Part shown: in pieces, positions 27,330 through 35,966 of the stretch
How the letters are laid out: each line of letters opens with the position of its first letter
How positions within the stretch are numbered: the stretch's first letter is position 1
Assembly (NCBI GenBank): GCA_937899865.1
Contig: CALBRH010000065.1
Location: 31,629 to 95,628 of the forward strand
DNA length: 64,000 bases
Reading direction: 5' to 3'
Origin: an uncultured euryarchaeote
Lineage (GTDB): Archaea; Thermoplasmatota; Poseidoniia; Poseidoniales; Poseidoniaceae
The notes under the pieces: model-generated
Seen by the model: the letters and a program-made list of their open reading frames with translations, nothing else
What the model was told of the DNA's origin: nothing
Database searches by the model: none
Program-made: the position numbers and the translations under genes

Positions 27330-27366
27330 TTTTTGGGCAAATCAACGCTGTTTTCATATTCTTTGA

Positions 27367-29808
27367 ATGGTTGGGATGACTATGAAGCGAACATTTGCAT
27401 TAATTTGCGTGTTTCTGTTTGCAGCATCTGTTAGTATTATTCCTCATGCTAACGCATCAAGTGGCCTAGTTGAATCAGGAATCTCTCAAGAGTTTAAATC
27501 TGAAATCATATATTGTAAAGTTTTAGATGATGACACTGTATTAATTGTTACACAAGCAGGAGAGATCTCTTCCAATACATTATCTGAAGGTATTTTAACA
27601 CCTCTTTGGATTTTTGACATAAACATGACTGCAAATTATGCAAAAATCGATCCTGGACAAAAAGTCATTGCATTAATTCATGATTTTGGATTCCTTACAT
27701 TCAACATCGATACAGAGACAATCGAACAAAATAAATCACTGAGTTCAATACCAGATTCATTAGATTGGGATATGGATGGAGATATTTGGATTGCATATCA
27801 TAGTGGAATAAGGAAAGCAAAGGAATACTCAGATGGAGTATTTAGTGGAGTACAGACAAGCCAAATTTCTTCAGGATTTTTTTCATTTGAGATAACTGAA
27901 AATAATGATTTAGTTATGGGTGGTTTTGATTCCAAACTGCATATATTTAATCAACAAGGAGTGTTAGTTACTCAAAAATCTGAGCCATTAAGTTATCTTA
28001 GTTCTTTGAAAGATTTTGGCAATGGGATTTTAGTCGCAGGCTCTGGGGATGGTTCACTACATTTCTATGATTATAATAATACATGGTCTCACTCATATTT
28101 GTCAATAAGTTCTCAGCAAATCACTCATATCGATGATTTCAATGAAAACTCATACTTTGCTATTGATGGCAATGATGAGATATATTTTATTGATAATTCT
28201 TCTAATCTTGTGACAAGTTCTTTTTCATCTAATTTAGGTGCAAAATATGTTTTAGGTGAATTGAGCGGTCAAATATCAGTAATTTTCAACGTCGAGTCAA
28301 ATAGTAAGATTTTATTTTATGATTTAGATGGAGATGGGGATGGAATAAGTGATACATTGGACGACTTTCCAACAGATGCGACTCAACAAGTAGATTCGGA
28401 CGATGATGGATATGGAGATAATGTAGATGGAATTAATGGAGATTTCTTCCCAAATAATCCGGAACAACATGCTGATTCAGATGGCGATGGTTATGGCGAT
28501 AATGAATTGGGTGAACAAGGAGATGTGTTCCCAAATAACCCTGAACAATGGGCTGACTTAGATGGCGATGGATATGGTGATAATTCGGATGGTTTGATGG
28601 GCGACCAATTCATCGAAGATCCAACACAATGGAATGATACAGATGGTGACGGATATGGCGATAATCCATTAGGTAATTCTCCAGACGCATGCCCTGAAGT
28701 ATCAGGATTTTCTAAACTTGATAGATTTGGTTGTATTGATACTGATTTTGATTTTTATTCTAATCCTGATAGCATTTTTACTGCTCAAGACGGAGCCGAT
28801 GCTTTACCAAATGATGGAACGCAATGGAGTGATTTAGATGGAGATGGTTTCGGTGATAATCCCGCTCCGGCAACAAATCCTGATTCATGTCCATCTGTAG
28901 CTGGTAATTCAACGAAAGAAATTCGACTTGATGGCACAATAATTGAGAAATTAGGCTGTCTAGATTCTGATGGAGATTCATTTGAAGACTTAAGCGATGA
29001 ATTCCCTTCTGATGCAACGGAATGGTTTGATTCCGATGGAGATGGAGTTGGCTCTAATTCTGATTATGATGATTCAGAATTACTAATTATTACTCAAGAA
29101 GATTATTGCCGTATCTCTGGCAATCAATCTAATTCTTGTAAATCATGGAACGATTTAGATTATCAAGAATATCTTGCAAGAGATAAAGCCGATGGAGAAA
29201 ATGACTTGTCTTATGCAGCTTGGTTGGCACAAAAAGAGGCTGGGCTATTAGATGAAGATGATAGTTTAATGTCGGCTGTAAAAGATGTCGCCATTGTCGG
29301 AGGGGGAGTATTCATTATAGCAACTGTACTGATAATTTTGGTCAGTTTTGTTGCCAAAAGACGAAAACTGAACGATTTAGTAAAGCGCTATGGCGTCCCA
29401 TTCAAACCCAAAGAAAAGACTGCAAATGAAGAAGCGCTTGAAGGTTCAGCAGGGCTATCAGCAACAGGCGGGATCGAATCGGATGATTCTTGGGATGATG
29501 AGGTTAAAGCAATGGATTTCACTGAAAAATCAGAAGAGTTAGAAGAAATTGAGACCAATGTTATTTCTGCTGAAGAGTTGTATGATGATGAATCTGATAT
29601 GGGCGAATTAGCTGGTATAGAGATGTCACCAACAGAAACAATTGAAGAAGACGTATCTGCTATGTTACAAGATAAACCTCAAGATTCATCCGACGAAAAA
29701 CCAAGCAATCCACCGCCAATTCCAGAATCTGGCCTTCCAGAAGGATGGACTATGGAGCAATGGGAATGGTATGGCCACGAATGGCTTGCCAAAGTTGGCA
29801 ATAAGTGA
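27367..29808 (+). CDS. Surface protein: signal peptide, beta-propeller-like region, TSP3-like Ca-binding repeats, TM helix, acidic cytoplasmic tail
   Basis: Repeated DxDGDG(Y/F)GDN and D.FP.D..QW; TM VAIVGGGVFIIATVLIILVSFV followed by KRRK; tail ends PPPIPESGLPEGWTMEQWEWYGHEW. Confidence 0.8.
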   Translation: MVGMTMKRTFALICVFLFAASVSIIPHANASSGLVESGISQEFKSEIIYCKVLDDDTVLIVTQAGEISSNTLSEGILTPLWIFDINMTANYAKIDPGQKVIALIHDFGFLTFNIDTETIEQNKSLSSIPDSLDWDMDGDIWIAYHSGIRKAKEYSDGVFSGVQTSQISSGFFSFEITENNDLVMGGFDSKLHIFNQQGVLVTQKSEPLSYLSSLKDFGNGILVAGSGDGSLHFYDYNNTWSHSYLSISSQQITHIDDFNENSYFAIDGNDEIYFIDNSSNLVTSSFSSNLGAKYVLGELSGQISVIFNVESNSKILFYDLDGDGDGISDTLDDFPTDATQQVDSDDDGYGDNVDGINGDFFPNNPEQHADSDGDGYGDNELGEQGDVFPNNPEQWADLDGDGYGDNSDGLMGDQFIEDPTQWNDTDGDGYGDNPLGNSPDACPEVSGFSKLDRFGCIDTDFDFYSNPDSIFTAQDGADALPNDGTQWSDLDGDGFGDNPAPATNPDSCPSVAGNSTKEIRLDGTIIEKLGCLDSDGDSFEDLSDEFPSDATEWFDSDGDGVGSNSDYDDSELLIITQEDYCRISGNQSNSCKSWNDLDYQEYLARDKADGENDLSYAAWLAQKEAGLLDEDDSLMSAVKDVAIVGGGVFIIATVLIILVSFVAKRRKLNDLVKRYGVPFKPKEKTANEEALEGSAGLSATGGIESDDSWDDEVKAMDFTEKSEELEEIETNVISAEELYDDESDMGELAGIEMSPTETIEEDVSAMLQDKPQDSSDEKPSNPPPIPESGLPEGWTMEQWEWYGHEWLAKVGNK
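28320..29070 (+). repeat. Tandem TSP3-like coding repeats (DxDGDGxGDN, about 9 copies)
   Basis: Recurrent GATGG(C/A/T)GA(T/C)GG..TGG.GATAAT, mostly at about 69-bp spacing in the first five units, inside the ORF. Confidence 0.85.
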
Positions 29809-30063
29809 TTATCTCCAAACAATTGGTAAAGATTTTTTCAATCTACCTAATTCTTCTCCACTGTAAATTGGTTTACCACCTTCAACTAAGGTGTTCATTA
29901 TTAGCCACAATATAGCATTCCAAGATTTAGATCTAGCAAATAATTCGATATATCCTGCATTAGCTGCATCAAGTAATTGTCCTTCAGCAGTATTTTCATC
30001 GAATAATGCCCGAATTAGATTATTTGTATCGAAAAGGTATCCCTTTGGACGCCATTCCATCAT
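29809..30063 (-). CDS. Short PIN-fold-like protein (N-terminal half of PIN; probably inactive or truncated)
   Basis: YLFDTNNLIRALF...LLDAANAGYIELF matches the PIN first strand and helix; only 84 aa; later acidic catalytic residues absent. Confidence 0.55.
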   Translation of the reverse strand: MMEWRPKGYLFDTNNLIRALFDENTAEGQLLDAANAGYIELFARSKSWNAILWLIMNTLVEGGKPIYSGEELGRLKKSLPIVWR

Positions 30064-30067
30064 GCTT

Positions 30068-30310
30068 TCACACCCTGAATGGAGATAGATTCAATCTGTC
30101 AACCAAGTGTTCTACATCCACATCTGCAACAGCTTTCATACGTTCACGGAGAGTTTCAATTTCACCATTCATTTTGGTGATTTTGTGGGCTCTAATTAAG
30201 TCATTAAGAAATTCATTTACACTTTTATATCCGCTTAATGTACGAAGTGTGTTTAATTGTCTGCGGACTTCATAACTTACGCTAATCGATGTCATTCCTT
30301 CTGCTGTCAT
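30068..30310 (-). CDS. Ribbon-helix-helix DNA-binding protein (antitoxin- or ParG/SegB-like)
   Basis: TSISVS (ribbon), YEVRRQLNTLR (helix A), SVNEFLNDLI (helix B); 4 bp upstream of the PIN-like ORF. Confidence 0.65.
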   Translation of the reverse strand: MTAEGMTSISVSYEVRRQLNTLRTLSGYKSVNEFLNDLIRAHKITKMNGEIETLRERMKAVADVDVEHLVDRLNLSPFRV

Positions 30311-30408
30311 GCCTTATCCCGAGATGCGTGTAATCAAAGGAATACTTAATCTACGCGAAAGAAAGTAATCTTCTAACGCTGTTTTTTTGAGTAAAATAAC
30401 CCAGCCGC

Positions 30409-31365
30409 TTATCGGTTTCTTTCAAGTAATAATCGTGGTTGTTCATTTACTCCAAACTCACGACGCATGACCATTACCCTTTGATGAAACTCTTTTGCTA
30501 AGGTCCAATATTCTAGTGAACCAGCACCAGCACCAGAATTTGTAGGTTTGTTGAGTAAAACGGTAGGTGCGCCAGACCAAGGGGCTTCAGCAACCTTGAC
30601 CAAACGTCTAATTGTGGTTTTGAATAATTTTTTTGGCATTTTGGTATTGACTTGATCACAAACGTGGCGACTAAGTTTTGACCTTGCATCAACCATAGTC
30701 ATTGCTACGCCAAAGATCTTTAGATTACGATTAATTCTTCTTTGAATCATCTTTATCGAATTCATCAACATGCTGAAACCTTCTAATGCATAATATTCAG
30801 CCTGCACCGGCACCATTACCCAATTAGCTGCACACATTGCATTTATTGACAATAATCCAAGAGAAGGGGGTGTATCGATAATAATATAGTCAAAATTGTC
30901 AATTATTGGCATCAAAGCCTCTCTCAATCTTGTTTCTCTACCAATTTTGTGACTGAGTTCAATTTCAGCACCAGAAAGATGTATGTCACTTGGGAGTAAC
31001 CACAGATTGTCAACAGTGAGATTTTCTGGAGCAGATTTTCCTCCGTTACGCATACTCCAGGCTTCTTGCATACTCTCAGTAAGTGCTTTTGGTGGAATTA
31101 AGTATTCATCCATTAACGGTAAATCTTCGCCACCATCATTTGTCAACAAATCATATGCTGTTCTCTTAACTTTCTTTTTTTCAACACCAAATGACGTTGC
31201 GCAATTGCCTTGAGGGTCTAAATCGATTAGTAGGACTTTAGCCGGTGGCAGTTTTTGGCGCTTTGAGCCTTTGGAAAGTGCAGCTGCTAAATTCACCGCA
31301 GTAGTAGTCTTTGCACAACCACCTTTTTGGTTGGCTACAGCAATGACCATCTTATACGGATTCAT
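30409..31365 (-). CDS. parA: ParA/Soj-family ATPase
   Basis: VANQKGGCAKTTTAVNLA, LIDLDPQGN, LSGAEIEL, IIIDTPPSLG, VPVQAEYYALEG. Confidence 0.92.
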   Translation of the reverse strand: MNPYKMVIAVANQKGGCAKTTTAVNLAAALSKGSKRQKLPPAKVLLIDLDPQGNCATSFGVEKKKVKRTAYDLLTNDGGEDLPLMDEYLIPPKALTESMQEAWSMRNGGKSAPENLTVDNLWLLPSDIHLSGAEIELSHKIGRETRLREALMPIIDNFDYIIIDTPPSLGLLSINAMCAANWVMVPVQAEYYALEGFSMLMNSIKMIQRRINRNLKIFGVAMTMVDARSKLSRHVCDQVNTKMPKKLFKTTIRRLVKVAEAPWSGAPTVLLNKPTNSGAGAGSLEYWTLAKEFHQRVMVMRREFGVNEQPRLLLERNR

Positions 31366-31438
31366 GATTCACAACTCCTCGGACATTTGTAGCCACGGAG
31401 GAACTCCCCTTTCAATGCAAGGTTTAGTTCAGTCATTT

Positions 31439-32455
31439 TCACATTGGTTGAATGACTGGCACTGGTACTTCAGAAAGAATTTTTCTTACTATATGCATGC
31501 CAGTAATTCCTCGAATCTTTGCTTCTGGCTTCATGTTGATTCTGTGTGAAATGATTTGCAAAGCAATGCCCTTAACATCATCAGGAATAACATAGTTTCT
31601 TCCTGCAATAGCAGCAGCAGCCCTACCAGTCTTGAATAGTGATTGGCTTGCACGTGGTGATGCGCCATTGACAACTCTGTGGTCCTCTCTAGTTCTTTGA
31701 ACAATCTCTACAATGTAAGACAAGATAGCAGGATCAACATGTACTGTTTCTAGTGCTTTTTGCATTGCAACAACTTTCTTAGGAGAAGTTACTTGTTCTA
31801 CATCGTGGTTATCCTTTCCACGCAGTTTCCTTCTTGCAAGAATTGCTTTTTCTTCAGAACGGTCAGGATAGCCCATGGACATCTTCATCAAGAAACGGTC
31901 CATTTGAGCTTCAGGGAGCGGATATGTTCCTTCTTGCTCAATTGGGTTTTGAGTTGCCAAAACAACGAACGGAGCCGGTAATTTGTGAGTAATACCTTCG
32001 ATGGTAACTTGCTTTTCTTCCATAGCTTCCAATAGAGCAGCCTGAGTTTTTGGCGGTGCCCTGTTAATTTCATCAGCCAACAATATGTTAGAGAATAGTG
32101 GACCCGCTCTTAATTTGAATTCACCAGACTTTTGGTCATACATGTAAGTTCCCATGATATCAGACGGTAGCAAATCAGGAGTGAATTGAACACGCTTAAA
32201 TTTACATCCCAACGCTCTTGCGAAAGTGTTGGCAAGTAGAGTTTTTGCTAGACCTGGGAAATCCTCCAACAACATATTACCATTTGATAGAATACCAACA
32301 GTGACTCTTCGTAAGTTTTCGTTTTTACCAATGATGACTTTGCTTACCTCACCCATCAAACTATTGGAGATGGCAGATACAGTACCAATCAAGTCTTGTG
32401 AGCCACCAGAGGCTGGCATGCCTGCGTTAGGGGAGAATCCTGCTTCCATATTCAT
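31439..32455 (-). CDS. MoxR-family AAA+ ATPase
   Basis: LLEDFPGLAKT, RVQFTPDLLPSDI, LADEINRAPPKTQAALLEAMEE, ATQNPIEQEGTYPLPEAQMDRF. Confidence 0.95.
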   Translation of the reverse strand: MNMEAGFSPNAGMPASGGSQDLIGTVSAISNSLMGEVSKVIIGKNENLRRVTVGILSNGNMLLEDFPGLAKTLLANTFARALGCKFKRVQFTPDLLPSDIMGTYMYDQKSGEFKLRAGPLFSNILLADEINRAPPKTQAALLEAMEEKQVTIEGITHKLPAPFVVLATQNPIEQEGTYPLPEAQMDRFLMKMSMGYPDRSEEKAILARRKLRGKDNHDVEQVTSPKKVVAMQKALETVHVDPAILSYIVEIVQRTREDHRVVNGASPRASQSLFKTGRAAAAIAGRNYVIPDDVKGIALQIISHRINMKPEAKIRGITGMHIVRKILSEVPVPVIQPM

Positions 32456-32538
32456 AACTCCTTACGATTCATAACCAAAACATTCCATATATGAATGTGA
32501 GGTTAAGTTATGTCATCATGTATCAACGATTTTCCTAA

Positions 32539-34458
32539 TTATCTACCCCAGAAGTGATCTTCTTTTCGGTGCAATCTAATTAGTTCATCGAGGATTTCTT
32601 GTTCGATTGGATCTAGATTCAATTTCTTTAGACGCTTGGCATGAGATGCTGGAACATCGACATAGAACTCATCTAACTCTTCGATATGCCTACCAACAGT
32701 TGGGCCTTGAATCGCAACAGCGACTTCATCACCTTGACTTGCTTCTTTTACATCTTCTGAACTTCTTGTTCTTAGGCTTTTGACTTGACCAACGGGCGTA
32801 CCATCTAATTTCATCAATTTTTGACCAATATGAATCCTACCTCCAACAACTCGCATTCCAACAATCGCTGGATTTTTTGCTCTAAAAGTATGGTCTTTGA
32901 GGTAGAGTAATCTGCCTGGATAAACCAATGATTCCCTCTGTTCAGCCTCAATTTCTGCTCGTTTATTGTCTCGCCATTCTTCGAATTGGTCGATAATATG
33001 GTAGATAATCGATCCGCTAAAGAAGGCAATTTCGGAGTCTTCTTTTGACAATTCATCGGCAACTTCAGAATTTGGTTTGGTCGAAAATCCGAGAATTGCT
33101 TTGTTAAGTTGGTCTTGAATAGATTTAGCCATCAAGATATCTTTTTTGTTGATAGGGCCAACAGTTGCCTGTCGTACAGGGATTTTTAGTTTGAATAATT
33201 CAAATGCTAAAGCTTCCAATCCACCTACGGTGTCTGCTTTGATAACTACGCCATCTTTTTCTTCAACAGCACCTTTACAAGTGCCATTTTGACATTTTTC
33301 AATAAATTCAATACGTGGTGAAACTTGCTTACAAACAGAACACATAATTGGCATTTTATCGTAGATATTACGCCATTCTTCTCTAATCAATTGCTCAGCC
33401 TCAGATTTTTGTTGTTCAGTATTTGCGAGGTGTAAAGTAGTTCCAGCGATAGCATTTTCAAGATTTGGAGCAACGATTTTCACACCACAGGCAGCCTGGA
33501 TTTCAGGGAAATTCACCCAACGCTTCCCAGCATCACGCATTTCAGACATACCTTTTGGTCGCTTCAATCCTTTGATATGAGTAGTAAATGCTCCATCACT
33601 AGATGCAAGCATAATGTTGTCACCAATTTTCAAATTACCTCGATAGAGAATTACATCAATGGTTTTACCCATTCCAACTTCATCTCTCATTTCTAATACT
33701 GTACCCATCGCAGGGCCAATAGTATCGGTCAATCTATCTTCAAGAAATCTTTCCGCCAACCCAACACTAACTGCTAATAGGTCTTGTAGTCCTTCACCTT
33801 CTTTAGCAGACATTGGAACCAATGCTACATTTTCGCGAAAATCCTTGATTCTATCATATCTCTCGATATTGAACCCATGTTCAGAGAATTGGCCAAGCAT
33901 TTTCCAATATCTATCATCAAAATATGACTTCACATCATCCCTTTGTGCTGCTATTGATTGGATGAATGAACGACCCGCCTCACATCTCCAACCGTGGATT
34001 CTATCAACCTTATTAGCGGCAATTACGAACGGAGTCTTTGTTTCCTTCAAGGTATTCAAACTCTCAATAGTTTGTGGCTGCAAGCCTTCCATTATATCAA
34101 CAACTAAAATGGCAATATCAGCAACTGAGCCACCTCTATTTCTCAGACTAACAAATGAATGATGCCCTGGTGTATCGATAAATAGTAATCCTGGTGATTT
34201 GAATTCCTTACCACCGAGCATTGCTTTACAAGTTTCATTTAACACATCAGCTGGAACTTCAGTGGCACCAATATGTTGGGTAATTCCGCCAGCCTCACGG
34301 TCCATAACACTAGCTTGCCGCTCACTACCAATAGAGCGAACCAAATCTAGAACACTAGTCTTTCCGTGGTCAACGTGGCCTAGTACAGAAACAATTGGCT
34401 GTCGATTTTCTCCTCGAACAACCTCTTTGGAAGTATCTGTATCGTCATTTTCGGACAT
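32539..34458 (-). CDS. infB: Translation initiation factor aIF5B (IF-2)
   Basis: RQPIVSVLGHVDHGKTS, EAGGITQHIGA, DTPGH, NKVD, KADTVGGLEAL; follows ndk as in the conserved archaeal cluster. Confidence 0.97.
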   Translation of the reverse strand: MSENDDTDTSKEVVRGENRQPIVSVLGHVDHGKTSVLDLVRSIGSERQASVMDREAGGITQHIGATEVPADVLNETCKAMLGGKEFKSPGLLFIDTPGHHSFVSLRNRGGSVADIAILVVDIMEGLQPQTIESLNTLKETKTPFVIAANKVDRIHGWRCEAGRSFIQSIAAQRDDVKSYFDDRYWKMLGQFSEHGFNIERYDRIKDFRENVALVPMSAKEGEGLQDLLAVSVGLAERFLEDRLTDTIGPAMGTVLEMRDEVGMGKTIDVILYRGNLKIGDNIMLASSDGAFTTHIKGLKRPKGMSEMRDAGKRWVNFPEIQAACGVKIVAPNLENAIAGTTLHLANTEQQKSEAEQLIREEWRNIYDKMPIMCSVCKQVSPRIEFIEKCQNGTCKGAVEEKDGVVIKADTVGGLEALAFELFKLKIPVRQATVGPINKKDILMAKSIQDQLNKAILGFSTKPNSEVADELSKEDSEIAFFSGSIIYHIIDQFEEWRDNKRAEIEAEQRESLVYPGRLLYLKDHTFRAKNPAIVGMRVVGGRIHIGQKLMKLDGTPVGQVKSLRTRSSEDVKEASQGDEVAVAIQGPTVGRHIEELDEFYVDVPASHAKRLKKLNLDPIEQEILDELIRLHRKEDHFWGR

Positions 34459-34493
34459 ACTCCGACCTCCATATTAACACGTGGTGGCCTTCA

Positions 34494-34940
34494 TCATTCA
34501 TAGAACCATTGTGAAATAGTTTGTTCCCAGTCCATTACACCTTCTGGGAACCAAAGACCAAGTTCAAATTCAGCGGTTTCTGGTGCGTCTGATCCATGAA
34601 TCATATTGTAACCAATATCCATGCCGTAATCTCCTCTAATTGTTCCTGGTGAAGCTTCTCTTCCATTAGTAGGTCCGATTAGATTTCTTGCAACACTAAT
34701 TGCATCTCTACCAGCCCATGCCATACAAACAACAGGGCCAGATGTTACGAATTTGATTAGACCTGGGAAGAACGGGCGCTCTGAATGAACTGCATAATGT
34801 GCTCTAGCGATTTCTTCGCTTGGAACCATGGCTTTAAGCCCCACTAATTTCAATCCTTTTTGTTCAAATCTTCCAATAATCTCGCCAACAAGTCCTCTTT
34901 GGACTCCATCAGGCTTTACCATAACATACGTTGTTTCCAT
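34494..34940 (-). CDS. ndk: Nucleoside diphosphate kinase
   Basis: [19 protein letters not shown]...GTIRGDYG...[10 protein letters not shown] 34940 preferred because the track's GTG lies in the GGTGA SD. Confidence 0.98.
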   Translation of the reverse strand: METTYVMVKPDGVQRGLVGEIIGRFEQKGLKLVGLKAMVPSEEIARAHYAVHSERPFFPGLIKFVTSGPVVCMAWAGRDAISVARNLIGPTNGREASPGTIRGDYGMDIGYNMIHGSDAPETAEFELGLWFPEGVMDWEQTISQWFYE

Positions 34941-35008
34941 GATGTTCACCAAGCATGGCCAAAAATCACCCCTTTATCAGGGATGCGGAACTAATTACGA
35001 CAGTCTAA

Positions 35009-35197
35009 CTAGATGCCGCCCTTAACGAAATGGCGGGTCCACTTGACCTTACGGGAATTTCTTCCAAGTTTCACCATGTTCTTACGAGCTTTTGAATTCT
35101 TGAACCACATGATGCTCCCATCACGTCTTACGAACATAATGCCAGTGCCAGGTTCAATTTCTTCTCCTGAAAAACTACAGATTCTTCTCTCTGGCAT
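35009..35197 (-). CDS. rpl24e: 50S ribosomal protein L24e (eL24)
   Basis: CSFSGEEIEPGTGIMFVRRDG...RKVKWT; ATG 35197 follows a GGTGA SD. Confidence 0.96.
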   Translation of the reverse strand: MPERRICSFSGEEIEPGTGIMFVRRDGSIMWFKNSKARKNMVKLGRNSRKVKWTRHFVKGGI

Positions 35198-35202
35198 TTT
35201 GA

Positions 35203-35427
35203 TCACCTTGCATTCAACTTTCTTGCTTCGCGACCAGTGTCACGTAGCATCAAGATATCACCTATTCTAATTGGGCCAAGAACGTTTCTGGTGATAATTC
35301 TACCAACGTCTCTCGGGTTAGGTGCATCATTAACTCTTACTTTTACTTGAGTTGCTTCACCAGTCATACCGGTTCTACCAACTATCTCGACCACTTCTGC
35401 TGGCCATCCACCTAATTCTTCGCTCAT
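35203..35427 (-). CDS. rps28e: 30S ribosomal protein S28e (eS28)
   Basis: [22 protein letters not shown]...[15 protein letters not shown]. Confidence 0.97.
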   Translation of the reverse strand: MSEELGGWPAEVVEIVGRTGMTGEATQVKVRVNDAPNPRDVGRIITRNVLGPIRIGDILMLRDTGREARKLNAR

Positions 35428-35448
35428 TTAATCAACTCCGAATTATAT

Positions 35449-35820
35449 TCAAGCTTTTAGGCCTTTAATTAGATCTACAACTTCTTGGTACTTCTCTTGA
35501 GCACCTTTGTTGATTTCCATGATAGCGATAGAAGCAGTCTTGACACCATTAGGTAGGCCTGCTTCATTTGCTAGGAATTCTTGTGAAGGAACGTAACCAT
35601 ATGGTATTCCTTTTTCTTCACAGATTAGTGGAATGTGGGCAAGAAGTTCTGGCGGATTGACATCTTCTGCCAGTACAATGAATTGAGCAGTGCCTCTTTC
35701 GGCAGTTTTGGTCACTTCATTACTTCCTTTCTTTATTCGTCCGTTGGAATTGGACTGAATCATTTCATAAATCTTGTCTGATACTTCTGTTGGGGTTTCA
35801 AATCGCACGTGTACACTCAT
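35449..35820 (-). CDS. rpl7ae: 50S ribosomal protein L7Ae (eL8)
   Basis: IKKGSNEVTKTAERG...AEDVNPPELLAHIPLICEEKGIPY. Confidence 0.97.
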   Translation of the reverse strand: MSVHVRFETPTEVSDKIYEMIQSNSNGRIKKGSNEVTKTAERGTAQFIVLAEDVNPPELLAHIPLICEEKGIPYGYVPSQEFLANEAGLPNGVKTASIAIMEINKGAQEKYQEVVDLIKGLKA

Positions 35821-35848
35821 CGGAATCTCTCCATCCTCATGTTAAGGG
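35814..35848 (-). promoter_or_regulatory. K-turn/C-D-like element in the rpl7ae 5' leader, covering the SD and AUG
   Basis: Minus strand CCCTTAACATGAGGATGGAGAGATTCCGATGAGTG: box-C-like ATGAGGA, box-D-like CCGA. TATA-like TTTATAT at 35873..35879. Confidence 0.45.
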
Positions 35849-35966
35849 CAACCATGCGCACAGCCTCAACAATATAAACGCGACGGAAGAAGTTTGAATC
35901 TAGTTAGAGGCAAAAATCCATACAATTTTCAAGTCAACATGTATATTTTCGTTATACTGCGAGCCA

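Noticed and set aside
28320-29070. Periodic GATGG-GATGG repeats as a CRISPR-like array
   Set aside because: They are degenerate at third codon positions and in frame with DxDGDG protein repeats, so they are coding repeats.
29808-29809. Switch from mainly plus-strand to mainly minus-strand genes as a replication terminus
   Set aside because: Orientation switches again near 48 kb, so operon blocks explain it. No skew calculation was possible.
30311-30408. TAATC repeated three times upstream of the RHH gene as centromere iterons
   Set aside because: Only 5 bp with irregular spacing (16 and 19 bp); compatible with chance in AT-rich DNA.
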